Source: Octopus sinensis
Taxonomy: Eukaryota
DNA length: 64,000 nt
NCBI RefSeq assembly: GCF_006345805.1
Contig: NC_043007.1
Location: 46,810,001-46,874,000, forward strand
Direction of reading: 5' to 3'
Shown here: piece by piece, positions 40,591-55,830 of the stretch
Numbering within the stretch: position 1 is the stretch's first letter
Layout: each line of letters starts with the position of its first letter
Position numbers and translations under genes: made by a program
Notes under the pieces: generated by a model
Told to the model about the DNA's origin: nothing
The model's input: only the letters and a program-made list of their open reading frames with translations
The model's database searches: none

Positions 40591-41370
40591 CGACGTGTGC
40601 ATATCTGGTGTATATATATGCACACATACGCACCCGGTGTAAACATACCTACACACGCACACATGTTCCTACAGACAGACACGTTTGCATCCATACATAC
40701 GCTTATAGATATAGGAATGCAAATACTCCTTTTCATCAAGAGACCATAACTATTCTCACCCATACAGCCATCCTAAACACGTCCGCGCCCACACGTGCAT
40801 AAAACAGACCGTAATGCATACGTATTCGTACAGGCACACACACACACACACAAATAATACACACGCAAATGATATACACAGTTGACACATGATCCCACAT
40901 AAAGGCATTGGTGAGTTCTCATGTATGGTAGATACGCAAACACACCCACTCCTAAGCACAACCTAACATAACAAGTACATACGCACCAACGAGCTGATCC
41001 TGAAGCCGTAATCCACATAACTGCTTATACGCATATTATCCGCACGACCACACATATAGCAGACACATACATATAGCATCAAGGGATTCCACCAGCTTCT
41101 TGTTCAGTCACGAGGTCCAAGCAATTATATTTTTTAATGTTTTTCATGTATTTGGTGTCGCTGAAATTTCGATTCTGCTTCTAATAACATAATGGGAATC
41201 ACCTATCCATTCGGTTACCTCAGCCACCGAGATAGGTTTCTGTAAGATGCCTACTGTTAAACATTTTGTGTCCGAAGTAAACTGTTTTAAATACTAAATG
41301 TGAAGAGTGCCTCTTTCTTTCGTTTGTCCACGTATACACACACACATACACATACACACATACACATATG

Positions 41371-41447
<77 letters not shown>

Positions 41448-41461
41448 GTATATATATATAT

Positions 41462-41558
41462 ATGGATATCCTATAATTAAAATATCTAATTCACTATCAT
41501 ATTTATCTATAAAACTCCATTTAAACAAATACATCATCTCTATATCGCATTCTCTCTC

Positions 41559-41594
<36 letters not shown>

Positions 41595-41691
41595 GAGAGA
41601 GAATGCGATATAGAGATGATGTATTTGTTTAAATGGAGTTTTATAGATAAATATGATAGTGAATTAGATATTTTAATTATAGGATATCCAT
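41462..41691. repeat. Perfect 230-bp palindrome centred on (TA)n
   Basis: 41462-41560 is the exact reverse complement of 41593-41691, and the central AA(TA)nTT is itself self-complementary. Confidence 0.95.
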
Positions 41692-41949
41692 TAAGTTAAT
41701 GAAGCAATCTTTTATTTGCGTCTTAGGTAATATTTATCTTAAATTGTTTTTTCATGCGTTTATGCTTACTTAATTTTTCTTTAAGAAAATTAACTTAAAG
41801 GATGATAAAGTGCAATGGTCGTATTGGAATTAAAGTTACGTGCACGATAAATATGTATTCTGTACCTTTTGATGACTTAATTTTTTTGATGTACCTATTT
41901 TTATTCATTATATATTTATATACTTTCAGATTTGTTTAAACATATTTTT

Positions 41950-42080
41950 TTATTCGTTTATTTGTTTCAGTCATTTGACTGCGGCCATGCTGGAGCACTC
42001 TCTTCAAGTGTTTTAGTCGAACTGATCGACCCTAGGACTTATTTCTTTGACCTTAGTACTTATTCTATCGGGCTCTTTTG
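41950..42080 (-). mobile_element. SINE family B 3' part
   Basis: ttgtttcagtcatttgactgcggccatgctggagca. Confidence 0.8.
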
Positions 42081-43557
42081 ACAACACCGGTTGTAGCTTC
42101 TATATTGAGTGAACATAGGCTACTATTTGGAATCGCATATATTGGAATATGCAATAACCTTAAGCATCTTTGTAGGTGAAATATCATTAGTTAGATCAAT
42201 GTTCTTTTTTCGTTGCAATCTAGAGTGATTGTTGTACGATGCAGTGTAATAACACAATTCCAAACACCCGACCCAAATATTTTAATAGAACTTATAGGGT
42301 AAAATTTTATAGGAGACCGATTATGATCAGGACATTTTTGATAGGCTCAAGCGTTGCGGTACCGAGGAAATTTATGACTAAAGGCATCCTATTTCTGCCT
42401 GAGATCAAACTTACTGCCTGAACCTTCGGCAAATGATATCTAATAGTTTCGAATCAAGCTTCTCAATAGACTTGTAGACTTTAACAGAGGGAGACAGTGC
42501 AGAAGATCTTTTAATGGACTGTTCTGACACTCGTCTCTAAGACAAGGCATTGAACGAGATATATTTTAGAGGAGCATATTACTGTCCAAGGAAACTTAAT
42601 CACTAACGGTGACGCCATTCATTTCCTATACATACAAAACAAAGTAACGAGAAACAACCTGAGATGATATTATCCAATATACCGTTAGATAAATATAGCT
42701 ATTGCACTATAGAAATAGTGCAACCACGTAGAGGTTCGTTTTTTTCCTCGAGGTCGTGATGTTATTTGCAGACTGGAATGTATATCTGTTGAAACAAAAG
42801 AAAAAATAAGATTTACAAGAATTTTATAATTTTATGTGCGTCTGCGCGTGTGTATGTAAAGCGAAAAAATAAAATTCAAGAAGTATTCAATACGAAATGT
42901 TCAGTTGGGATGAGAAAAATGGAATAGTGAAATAGTTTGGAGAAAAGAATAGTCGAAATATACTAACACCAGTACTTGCATGTTAATTATTTGATAAGCC
43001 CCCGAAACGTTCTTAGTTTAATTGTAACTTGCGTTATCGCTTTTATTATACCGGAAGGCGAAAGGGGAATTTACGAACTTGACGCCTAAAATAACTTTTT
43101 AAAATTTTAATCGGTATCTGATAGTGTGTCGCCCACACGACCTGCTGGAAGATTACCAGTTGCCAATGGGATTCGACACATCACTAATGATAATAATGCC
43201 GAATAGTAGAGATGATGCTCTCAGATAAACAAGTGTTTTGATAACTAAACTGCAAGAGTTGTGTAAGCATCCTTGTGTATGATTTGATAACAGAGACAAT
43301 GAACGGATTTATTTCCACATGGAAGTACTTTTATTGATTAAAGACAAATAAAATTGTGAAATTAGATTCTTTGTTTCTCTGTACAATGAAACTAAAATAA
43401 ATTCTAGCAAAGTAAAGTAGCTTGGCACGACTTGAAAACAAATTGGCGTAGTTCTTGAGTTTGTTTTGTTCCGTCTTTTATTGTTTCGTTGTTGACTATA
43501 ATAAAGTTATAGACACATACATACATATCTACATTACACACACACACACACACATAC

Positions 43558-43608
<51 letters not shown>

Positions 43609-46600
43609 ATATATAGGTTTAAGCAATTGAGATTCAAGTGAGTTCTAATGAATTCACATGAATATGGTACTTAACTTGGATGCACCGGAAATCTATATGG
43701 TGTTAACCATACGACAAAGTGGGGTGATTACAAATAGGAAAAAAGCAACAAGAATATATATATATATATATATATTCGACATTTATAAAGTCGAAATATT
43801 CCACGTCATTTTCGTTATTACTGTATTTATCGTAAGCCGCTAGGAATCCCGCATGCATAAACGTCCCGTAGGATTACTCCGTAGCCGACAAGAAGGAACA
43901 TTTTAGCTATTGCGAGGGCACTCTGAGACATGTGCTCAAAACACTGGAAGGATGTGTGTGTGTCTGTGTGCGTGTGTGTGTGTGTGTGTTTGTGAGTGTT
44001 AGTGCAGGAAGATACATGAGTAAAATAGTGGATAACTAATCTGCATACAACGTAGTATAATCTGGTGTTAGAATCGTTGGAGCGTCGTATGAAATTTCGT
44101 GCATTATTTGTTTTAGATGGAAAGACACAAGACGTTGCAGCGACAGATAGAAAGGATTCAGCGAATTTTTCTGCGGTTAGTGTTCAAAACCTACCAAGCT
44201 CAGTTACGCGTTTCAACACTTCTGGCGTCCATAAATAATGCACACATCAAGACCAGTGAAGAAGTAAATATTCTGACCGAGAAAACTTTATAAGTTACTT
44301 ATAAAATATGTCTACCTTTCACGGAAAACTGATAATACGTACGTGTACTACATCTACATATTTTTAAATAATATATGAATGAGTGCACATTCGCCACCAA
44401 CTTGCAGTATCTGTCAACAAGAATTTCGAGGTATCTCGAACTACAGGCTGCCGGCAACCCAGATGTATCACTTTAACATTGGCTGCTACTCAACGCTAGC
44501 TGCTCCACAACCAAGAAAAGCGTTCTTAGTCATCAATGCTTACGCAACCCATCTAAACCCTACATTCTCCTCCATAAATATGGCGTAAGCATGCAAAAGT
44601 ACACACTCACACCAATGTATCATACACACACGTACACACCAATACATACACACATCTGTCTATGAATATTTCGCCCTTGCTTTCTCGCACACCACCAAAC
44701 GTTATTCCAGAGCCTATTACCCCCCTCTCCATCAATGCTATTGCAACTACACTTGCATACATCTGTCACAGCTGCATGCATACATACCAATATGTACACC
44801 TACTCATAAAACATCACAAAAAAGCACAAGCCTACGTGCGATCATGTTCCTTCATACAAACATGCACACACTTTATACTCAAACAGAAGTATATACACAC
44901 TTCTATTTATACACAAATAGAACATTTGTTTACGTTTATACACAAATAGAAGAATATACATACTTCCGTACATATAGCGATTCGTACATCCTAAACACTT
45001 ACGCGCGCGCACACATATACAGCAGGCACTAAAACACACGGATTCGCACGCACACACACATACCCTCATACAACCGATAACACACCCACATCCACGCAGT
45101 CATATATCAGGTATTCAGACACAAATACACACATACACACAGGCACGCGCTGGCCTTGCTTCTACCGATTTTCAATTCCCTACAAATGCTCACCAGGCAC
45201 CAAGGCGTCACCAGCTGCCTGTCCAGCCACCCGTTCCGAGAGGTTCTGCTTCCTTGTGCTGAAGTCGCTCGGATTCAGATGTTGCAATTTTATTCATCTG
45301 CCAGGGACGAGACGCTCAAATAATAAATGTAATTACAACTTTACCACTTGTGCGACAATAACATAACACCGAAGCACAAAATGAATTCGTGACCCTAAAA
45401 TTTGCCGTTATTTCCAACATGGGGAATTGTGTTGATGGTTGAAATAGTGTTGGTATCAACTTTAAAATTCATCAAATAATATTCCCGTCACATCATAAAA
45501 ACTAAGAGAGAATTATTTCGCCTCAACTGGACCCGCTCCGTTCCACATCATGCCATGAAACATAAGAGAAAAGAAAAGATTTCATAACATTCAAACGCGT
45601 CCTGCATGACTTGTTCCAACAAATTTTAAAGCACCTGCGCTTGGATATATCTCTACAAACATGATCCGTTTGCTCGAATGGGCTAGGGTGCCCAAAACAT
45701 GCCTAATATGAAACATCATTACGTGTCTTTTCCAGACAGTGCTATCAAGTTAGACATGACCTGGGCTAATTCTGGCCAAAACTTATCAAAGTATAACAAA
45801 TAGTTCATGTGGTCATCATGCCTCTGAATCAAGCTTGGTTGTGCCCTCATCTAATATGAGGCTCCATACTTTAAAGATGTAGGTTCTGGTTTGCATGTGA
45901 CTTTCTTGTTCTTTTGCTAATATATCTACCTTTCCCCTCATTATTATATCAGTCTCTTTTATTGCTACTATTGATGTAGCTATCAGTATTTAGTCACCTT
46001 TCATTGATAATACCTATGATCGAATGTATTCTTACTGAGTCGATCTCATATTTGGTCATCTTCACACACCAAGTGATATATTTTGCACTAAAACTACATT
46101 TTTGTTACATAATACTTTATGCTCGTGTTCTTTAATTGTCATAAGATAATTTTTAAAGCCAAGTTTAATATTTTATACATTCTTTGAATATTTTCAATAT
46201 ATTTTCACGCGTGTAACTTCATGTATCGGTATATTTAAATATATATTGAAAACAAATGCTCATTACCGTGTCTGTATCAGATAACAGTCAAGTTAATACG
46301 CCATTCATATATAAAACACTACTAGCGATCTGAGGTGAAGCGTGATATGAAGGAGAGTTGCTTGATGTTAAAAGGAAAATCGAGCAGCCACATTGACATT
46401 CCTTCATAACATTATATCAACTTTCTTTTAAAGTTATATTCGGGAAGGTAGTTTTGTTGATCATTTCGTAGTGATAGCTTGTTGGTATATTGATTATTAA
46501 CTTAGATTTAACTTTATCCGTCCTCAATCTTTCAGCGACACTTACATCATCTTTAGAATAAAGTGAAGTGTGTATCCTGGTCTACTGACAGTTATTCCAC

Positions 46601-47139
46601 TTCATTGCTTTTACATTCCTTAGTGTTGGATAAAACTAAAATTTGCTTTCCTTTCTCTTCTTTTTATCTCTTAGTCAAAGAGGGAGACAATATATATGAC
46701 ACTTTACAGGGCCTTCTTGAGTAGATAGACGGTGAGAGAAAGGTATTGTCAAACAACAGATAGGGCCCGAATAATTGAAACAAAGTGAATCTCGTTAAAC
46801 AGTGAGTTGAGAAGAGCGAAAATTAAGTCAACTCCCCAAATACATTCTGATAGTAACGAGTAACAAAATGGAAAGAGCCTGTACAATAGCCACGACGATT
46901 TTCGACCGATTACACCTTGGATTTGGAATTTACTTACGAAACCCGTGGGATGGAGGTTAAAGCTAATTGCAGTGGGTTTTCAACTTAAGCAGCAAGATGG
47001 CAAGGCAAATTATGCAAGGAATTTTGTCCGTAGATAATACACCACTTTTTCACCTCACTGCTTTATCAAACATGACACTAGTAAATTAGATTCAAATTTT
47101 GACTCACGAACAGTAAATCCAAGGGAGGAGATAAACGGA

Positions 47140-47480
47140 TTACACAAACTCCAGTGCTCAACTGGTAGAAGGAACCCGAAAGGGTGAAAGGTAAAATCGA
47201 CCGCACCGGAATTTGAACTCAGGACATAAAGAGGGCTTGCCTGGTGTGCTAACGATTCTGCCATTTTGTGGCTCTACATGAGACGAGTATGTTGCTTTCA
47301 AATTTTGGCCCAAGACCAGCAATATTGGGAGGCGGTGACTCGATTACATCAACCCACGTATTCTATCGATCTCGAAATAATGAAAGGCAAAGTCAAAATT
47401 TGAACTCAACCCATAAAGACGAGCGAAATGCCACTGAGCATTTTACCCGGCGTGCAAACGATTCTGCCATCTCGCCGCTT
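47140..47480 (-). mobile_element. Two adjacent SINE family A copies
   Basis: Two heads (aacgattctgcca at ~47250 and ~47458), each with aatttgaactc. Confidence 0.75.
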
Positions 47481-48573
47481 TAATGTGAAAGTAGTATATC
47501 GAAAATACTGTATAGCGCTGCATAGTTATCACTGAAATATTCCGTAGCATTAGAGTATACTTAATACGCCGAGAAACTATAGTAAACAACCGATCTTCTT
47601 TCGCAAACTCTATACCCGCTTATAATGTAGCGATCTTATTTCAAACGTTTTGCATTTAATCTATATCACCTTACAAAAGAAATCAATAAGAAATCACGTA
47701 AGAGTTTAAAGAAATATATCAAATCAATATTGACCGTTTATTGTTCAAAGATATATCAAGATTTAAAGCCTTTGAGTAGAAAGTTATATCATAATCTAGA
47801 GATCAAATGTCACTTAAAAGAAAGTATTTTCATTCGTACAAAATATTGGAAATCAATTGTAAGTTAAATATATTCAATTAACTATGTTTGTCGTTCAGGT
47901 TCGGAACTATGGTGTAGATGATTTATTTGGAATTTCAATTCCTAGCAACAGCAATATATTTCTTTGATATTTTTGTCACTGCGTACGAAGAAGGGAGCTT
48001 TTTGTATCGACTATCATAGAGAAAGCTGAGAAATGCTATCATTAAGAAATGCTAGTCACCATTTCTTGCGGAATTTTCCCTTGAAACTAGGCCAATGCTA
48101 TAAGTTAGAGAGTTAAAACAAAATTATTGAGTGAATTCTTATGTGTAATTTAAGAATCTATTTCAAACGTCATATTTTGTTTCGTTAATATTTATCTACT
48201 ATAGAAATTATATAGAACGAAACATAGGAAGATATAGTTTATTCATAAATTTCCACTAACTTTCCACATTTCTATGCCACCTGTGTCACAAAATATATAA
48301 AACACAATTATAAAGATCTTACAGGCTAGATTACTTACAATAGCATTCTGAAAATAAAATAAAATTTCAAAATGTTTAGTTCCAATTTCCTATTTTTAAA
48401 TAGCAACTTCTAATAAATTTAATTTAAAATAATTATATACCAGATAATTAGTTGGTTATCCAAGATTATTGAAACGAAACCAATAAAGTACTCAGACTGC
48501 AAATTCCAGTTTTCATAATCATCAGTTGAAACCGATCCACACAATACTTTAGCGTTAATATTTACAGAAAAGA

Positions 48574-49017
48574 AGACGGCCACCAGGCAGAATCTTTACC
48601 GCGCCGAGTAAAATTCCAAATCAGGATTTCGTCCATTCTTGCGTTTTGAGTTCAAATTCCGTTGCGGTCGGCTTTGTCTTTCATCCATTCGGGGTGGATA
48701 CAATAAGTATTCGGAGTTGATGTAATCGACGTACCTCATTTTCCTAAATTGTTGGCCTCGTGTTAAAATTTGAAGCCAGTATTTGCATAAAATATTAGAG
48801 CGGTGAGGTGGAAGAAGCGCTTGCACGCCGGGCAAAATGCCTGTTGGGATTTCGACAGTCTACACGTTATGAGTTGTAATTAAGTTGAATTCGACTTTGC
48901 CTTATATATTTTCGGAAGTCGATAACATGAGTACCAGTGGAGCACTGGAGCGGATTTAATCGACTTCGCCCCTTCCTCAAAATTTCTGGCCTTGTGCCAA
49001 AATTTGAAACCCATATT
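48574..49017 (+). mobile_element. Two adjacent SINE family A copies
   Basis: ggcagaatc..gagttcaaattcc and gcacgccgggcaaaatgc..ggccttgtgccaaaatttgaaacc. Confidence 0.75.
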
Positions 49018-50147
49018 TGTATACAAGAGAGTGCGTAAAAAATAAGAAATACCTATTTGCTTATAGGATCTGACTTGATCATCTATCGCGAAACTAGTAG
49101 AGGGCATTGTGGATTGAACGCGCAATGGTGAATGGTGAGTGCTTGTGGATATTGACAAGATGTCACACAAATGCTAATGTTGAATAAAACAAAGGTTTAT
49201 ATCAGTGAATGAACTTCAGCCATTTCATAGTTTGTTGTGTGTGTTTCATTGTTTGGACGTTTAAAACTGCTTCAGCATCATAGCAAAACAGAAAACATGC
49301 TATAAGCTTAAATTTTTTTTTATTTAGTAACAAAAAAGATTCATTAATAATGGCGTGGTTGAAGGGTCTCTATTATCTCTTTGAGAAGCATCGATGATAC
49401 TTCATAATGAAAGATAGATCCAACAACTTAGCGTTTATTTATAGCAAATACCAAATCTTAATAACTGTAGTGATGCTCTATGTAAAATTTAATGCAGCTA
49501 CATTGCTGTAAAGTGCAAAGTAAATGAACACAGAACAGAATTTATAAGTGAGTCTCATAATAAATAACTTATTTCCGCCACCGACTTCTTGGCATTTTCA
49601 AGGAGCTCTGAATTGTGTGAATGAGAGGATTAGTTTAGCAATCATTATAATTATTAGAGAACAAAAACAGAATAGAGATGGCCGAATTTAGATAAATGTC
49701 TAGTCAAAGCGGATAGTAGTAGATATAAATTACAAGATGTATGTAAATGCAATTTATTTAGTGACTCAATGTCTGTCAGAAAAAGGAACTGTATATATGT
49801 TTCTTTTGAAGATATATACATGTCAATTACAATGAAATATATATGAGCTGCTAAACAATTTACTATATATCAATAGTAAAGTGTTATGTTTTGATACACT
49901 GGAATTGCTTAAGATCATATTTAAGATTGTTAGACGGATTTTAATGATAAATTAGTGTCTTCTTATGGAGCATATAATAAAATCCATCATTGTAAGTTGG
50001 AATTAAACTACATATTATGAGCCGAAATAATAGGCATTCCAGAAACATAATAAACAGTGATATAGATACCGATATATTCTAAGAGACAAGTATTCTCATG
50101 AAAAGCAGTATATAATTAGTAGACAACAATATGGTGAATACATACAC

Positions 50148-50151
<4 letters not shown>

Positions 50152-50195
<44 letters not shown>

Positions 50196-50201
50196 CACAC
50201 A

Positions 50202-50243
<42 letters not shown>

Positions 50244-50267
50244 TATATATATATATATATATATATA
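50152..50267. repeat. (TA)n-(AC)n-(TA)n microsatellite
   Basis: Direct reading. Confidence 0.93.
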
Positions 50268-50469
50268 TTCTATAAATGATAATTATAAGCGTTAAACTTA
50301 TAAGAGTTCACAGCGTATTGACTATAGAACAGAATCTAATATTGGGGTGTATAAGCCACAGAAAATGGGTATGCACACAAACACACCCACACCCATATAT
50401 ATATATATATATGTATGTATGTATGTATACACACACACGTGCACACACACATGCACACGCATGGACACA

Positions 50470-50652
50470 AACTGTCTGTATCTGTTCCCCATCAGCGAAG
50501 AACAACAGATGTTGGGCCGATTAAGTCCTCGTAACTTAGTAGTTCGGGACATGAAGCCAATAGTTTAACTAGCTGTCGATTCGTCTCCTTAAAAATTCTC
50601 AAGGTGATGCTCCCTCCAGCCGCAGTCAAATGACTAAAACAAGTGACAGATA
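50470..50652 (+). mobile_element. SINE family B 3' half
   Basis: gtcctcgtaacttag..ccgcagtcaaatgactaaaacaag. Confidence 0.6.
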
Positions 50653-50703
50653 AAATATTGCATGTGTGTGTGTGTGTGTGTGAGTTTGTGTGTGTGTGTG
50701 CAT

Positions 50704-50748
<45 letters not shown>

Positions 50749-51651
50749 TGTCTCTCTTTCTGTCTGTGTGGATGTTTTACCTCCACAAGACTTCATTTAA
50801 AAGTCCCGAACGCAACGAGTCTGTCTAAATACGTTTTGGTATTTCAAAGAATCTAGATCTATTTCACCGATCGATTTTAGAAAGTGACCGTTACCATAAT
50901 TCCATAAAATGTTCATTGTTGTGGTTGAGTTACATCTTTTATACAGAACATAATTATGCTTTAAACCAAACATTTGAATTGTTCAACTATTGCACACACT
51001 TCTTCAAATTTGTTTCCGTGTTCTGTTCCAGAGAACGAGATGCGCATAGTCGCCTCTCTCAACATGTATTATTCTATCAGTATGATTAAGAATGTGTTGG
51101 AATATTTTTATAATCACTCATATCTCTTAATCCCTTTCGACCAGAACAGTTAATTCTTTTACAACTTTTATAAACTTTCATGAAAGTTTGATTCGTTTAC
51201 TTCGATCATGATATCTTTTATAATAGACGTTTTGAAAATTATTGATCACGTTTTTAAGAATACATCTCAACATGCTGTTAATTCTCTCACGTGCTTTCCT
51301 TCCAGTCATGCCATAATTGTCATTGAATTTCAACCACTTACCTTTCATTGCCTCTTAATGTTCTTTCTCTTTATATGACATCTACATTACACTTAATTTC
51401 CTCACGTTCACAACCAATCTTTTTTCCACAAATCTGTCTGTCGTATTTGTTTCCTTATTTGTTGTTATTCATACTTATATATTACTAATTTTTTAATGCT
51501 TCAAACTGAAATTATGCACAACTGTATTTGTTTAATTTTGATTCCAATTTCTTTTCAAGATATTATGGCTTACATCCATCTCTTAACTACTCTCACTCTT
51601 TTATAACATTCTTCACTCTCTTTCGTCTCAGTGTGTGTACCCTTTGCGTAT

Positions 51652-51782
<131 letters not shown>

Positions 51783-53834
51783 TATCTATCTATTTATTTC
51801 CCCTTTCTTTATGGTATATTTCGTGGTAGAATTCCCTCGTTTCTAAACTGTAAAAATGTTTCTCCCTAGTTTATATTGTTCACACCAATTATAACTATTT
51901 TTCCCTCGTGAAGACCTTTTCATTCACTTAATTACACTTCTTTATAATGCTTACATGTATGTTTGTCAACGGTTCATGAATTTATAAATTCAATCTATTA
52001 AAAAATATGTTATTCCCAAGGTATCATTACTGTACATTTCACAACCATTGTATTCTTCCGTAATTTCACTTGTGTCTGATAATTGGTTCTGTGAATCTCG
52101 GAATAATGTGTTGTGAAGTATCTCATTTTCAGTAAAACACCACAACTTTCTCCAACTTTGGTATTCAACTCTTATATTCTCCACATTGCTTTGCATATAT
52201 TTCGGTCCCACTGTCAAGCAGCTATACATGGATGTGCGCTTTTGCTTGCATATGTGTGCATGTATGTTCGAGGAATCACCTTGCTATTGGGACAAGTATA
52301 ATATAGAAACGAGGACTAGCGCTGTCATAAGTGTAGAGATATTTTTGGTTTCATAAAATTCGAAAGCCCTTTAAATAGTTTCTTTCGATCAGGCATTCTT
52401 AGCATAGGTACAATCAGCTCAAATCAAAAGGAAAAAATAAATAAATAGAAATGAAAATAGAGAATATACCACAAAAACAAAATAAAAAAAAACATTTATC
52501 ATGAGTAGTACAGGTAATGAAAAATTAATAAGTAAAATATTTATGTAAATTATAATGATAATATTGGAGGCGCTTGGCTTAGTGGTTAGAGAAAATGAGT
52601 TTAATAGTAGGATAACGAAGCAGTTCTAACAAATTGGAATGGAAATAAAAACGTATTATGAAAATACATAGACATACAGAATATGTTCCGTAAACTGAGT
52701 TGTAAAACTTAGGAATCTTAATATTCGTCTACATATTGATCAACATATATAGCAGTATATAACCTATCGTCGTGATCTACCGGCCTCCTGTGTGAGTTTG
52801 AGATTTTAATACGTAAGTCTCGTATTATTTAATGTTAGTATACATATTAAAAAAGATATACATAATGGAATTATAAACTATTTATTTATAATTTATGACG
52901 AAAGAATAGAAAGTGCTTTTCCATTAAAATTCAGCTATATACCTTGTAGCAGACCGGAAGTATTTTGTTGACTATGAATCTATATGTTCTCAAAATATAC
53001 AACACTGTGAATTTACCTTATTATTCTGAAACTCATAAAAATACATCATTTAAATTTTCTTAATAAATTCGTTTTGGCTACATTTTAATTGGGTTATGCT
53101 TTTTCCTAGCTTATTCTTGATATAGTTAGCTCTACTTTTGGTGTATGCTAACAAATATTAGTGTATGTTCGTCTGTTTGCAAGAAAATTTTATTATAAAT
53201 TGCTTCCTTTCTATGATTTATTTTTAAAGACACTATAGATAGCTCTGCTGTAGTGATTCAAATGATACAAACGACTTTGTTTATCTTCACGAAATATCCG
53301 ACATAATCAATCATTGTTTAAGGAATGATAGAAATGTTTTTCTGCGGATATTTTCCAACTTATCATCTGTAAATGTAATAAATACCATTATGACAACTAC
53401 GAGCTATAATTCAATCTTAGTACAAAAATATACAAAGCAGTAAAAAAACAAAAAAACAAACAAACAAACAAATAATGTTTCTTGTTGCCTTGTCAAAATG
53501 AGTTGTAAATAAATGCTTCATATTTTATTAGCGGATCTATGTAACGATCAAAACTTATATTTTAATTGATTATATAAAGCATTATAAAAAATATGCTCTG
53601 TGTTTATTTCTGTTAACTCTTAGTGCGAAAAATAGCATTCTGACTGCAAACTTTTATGAACCAAAATCAAAAAAGAAAAAATAAACATTTCTCCTTGCTC
53701 CTTTAGTCAGAAATTATAAATAAATTTTGATATATTATTTATTGGTTGGTCAATATAATGATGTAAACAAAAATATTTAACTCATTACCCCCGCATTAGA
53801 AAACATACTGCACATGGATCGTCAATATGGATCA

Positions 53835-54210
53835 GCGACATGGTGATCCCATATCAGAATAAACATCCCATGATCTTGCAGATGAGGTCCAGTTAGAGTA
53901 GGCCATCTCGCTGAAAAGGTGTTCCAATGAGGTTTGTTTAAGGATGATGAAAGGAACACCCATGTTTCCAGAAGTGAATAATTCAAACTCCAGATAATTT
54001 CTCTCAACACATTGCTCCTGCTCGTGATTGGATATGCACATATTGTAAGACACTAAAGGACATGCTCAATTGGCTAAGATCAAGTAACTAACGAACACCT
54101 ATTTGCTGTATCCATCTTTAATACCAAGATTAAACATGTACAAGATACCACTGCCAGTCAGTTAAGATCACAAGCTACGGGAGCCACTGCCTCATACTGA
54201 GTCAGGTCAT
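53835..54210. mobile_element. Family X repeat, copy 3 (diverged)
   Basis: gcgacatggtgatc..aacacccatgtttccag..gggagccactgcc, followed by (TAT)n. Confidence 0.7.
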
Positions 54211-54258
54211 TTATTATCATTATTATTACTACTATTATTATTATTATTATTATTGTTG

Positions 54259-54299
<41 letters not shown>

Positions 54300-54300
54300 T

Positions 54301-55348
54301 TTACAGCATGCTTTCACTTGTGTGCCTTGGGTATATGCTGTGATTTGTTGTGATGCTCTGATGGTTATTGTATGAAAAGTGTTCTGCGTAGGATGTGTGC
54401 AGTGCCTAGTAGTGCAATTTTCTGACTGTTATATGTGTTTGTAAGTCCTGGTGTTTTTGTTATGTATTTGTCTGAATATTTTTTATCATGCCTGATGCAC
54501 CTACTATGATAGGAATTGTTTCTGATTTTAGATTCCACATTCTGGTTACCTCTATTTCCAGGTCCTTGTATTTTGAAAGTTTCTCCATTTCTTTTAGAGA
54601 CATGTTGTCATCTGCTGGTATTGATACATCAATTAGAAAGCATTTTTTCTTCATGTTCTCTGACAACTATATCTGGTCTGTTGGCCTTAATTTCTCTATC
54701 TGTGTGTATCGGCATATCCCAGAGTATGGTTGCTTTCTCGTTTTCTGTGACCTTTTCTGTTGTGTGCCTATACCGTCTTTTTTCTCTTGTTATTCCATAA
54801 TGTTGCCATAGCTTCAAGTGTATATAGGTCCCAACTCTGTCATGTCTGTGAATATATTCCTTCTTAGCCAGGACTGGGCAGCCAGAGATAATTTGATTTA
54901 TTGTTTCTTGTCCATCTCCACATATTCTGCAGTTACTTGTTATATTTTTTTCATTACATGTTTTTGATAATTTGTGGTGGGGAGGCTTTGGTCTTGTGCT
55001 GCAATTAAAAATTCCTCTGTCTCTGCTTTGATTCCTGAGCTTCTCAACCATTTCTGAGATTTTTCTTTGTCTATTTCTTTTGCATTTAGTTTATTCCAGT
55101 ATTTACCGTGAAGGGGCTTTTCTTGCCATCGTTTTATCATGGTTCTTTGCTGTTCTAGTTTTAGTTTGGATTTTATTTGTTTCATAGCTTTTGTTGTTTC
55201 TTCATCTTCTTCTTCTGCTTCTTCATATTTGTTAGGTGGTATGATTTCTTGTTTGTATTTGTCAGCTTCCTTAGATACTGAGAACAGTTTTTTGTTTTGC
55301 TCGTGTTTTGACGCTATTTGTATCAGTTTTCCTTCCTTCTGAAGTAGA
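54301..55348 (-). mobile_element. R4/Dong-type LINE family F1, 5'-truncated
   Basis: WQEKPLHGKYW..WLRSSGIKAETEEFLIAAQDQSL..CRICGDGQETINQIISGC (CCHC knuckle)..RHDRVG..RPDIVV..IDVSIP..EKLSKYKDL. (TAA)n on the minus strand at both ends. Confidence 0.92.
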
Positions 55349-55350
55349 TA

Positions 55351-55438
<88 letters not shown>

Positions 55439-55505
55439 GTTGTTGTTGTTGTTATTGTTGTTGTTGTTGATGTTGTTGTTATTATTATTATTTATTATTA
55501 TTATT

Positions 55506-55625
55506 CTATGTTTGACTTTTGTTTATATTTGTAGAAGTTGGCTCCAAGTCTCACCCAGAGACCTCAAGAGACAACAGGTTGGAAGTTCATGGTGTTGTTA
55601 TGCCCAGTGTGCCATACATTTGTTT
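55506..55625 (-). mobile_element. 3' UTR fragment of RLE LINE family F2
   Basis: Matches 56394-56510 and ends in (TAA)n on the minus strand. Confidence 0.7.
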
Positions 55626-55651
55626 TGTTTTTTGTCTTTTTATTATTATTA

Positions 55652-55714
<63 letters not shown>

Positions 55715-55726
55715 GTTATTATTATT

Positions 55727-55830
55727 CAGTAGTTTTATTTTTATAGGGTGCTTTCAGTTCACTACCGAGCGCAGCTCTGTGTGCCTTGGGTATGTGCTGT
55801 GATTTGTTGTGATGCTCTTATGGTTGCTGT
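55727..55830 (-). mobile_element. 3' UTR of LINE family F1
   Basis: Reverse complement of ~5070-5174. Confidence 0.85.

Noticed and set aside
42100-42420. Possible decayed CR1/L2 RT on the minus strand (FYPISS resembling NYRPISL)
   Set aside because: Too degenerate to support from motifs alone.
49067-49134. Plus-strand segment with a good acceptor and a GTGAGT donor
   Set aside because: All frames contain stops; at most a non-coding exon, and there is no evidence for that.
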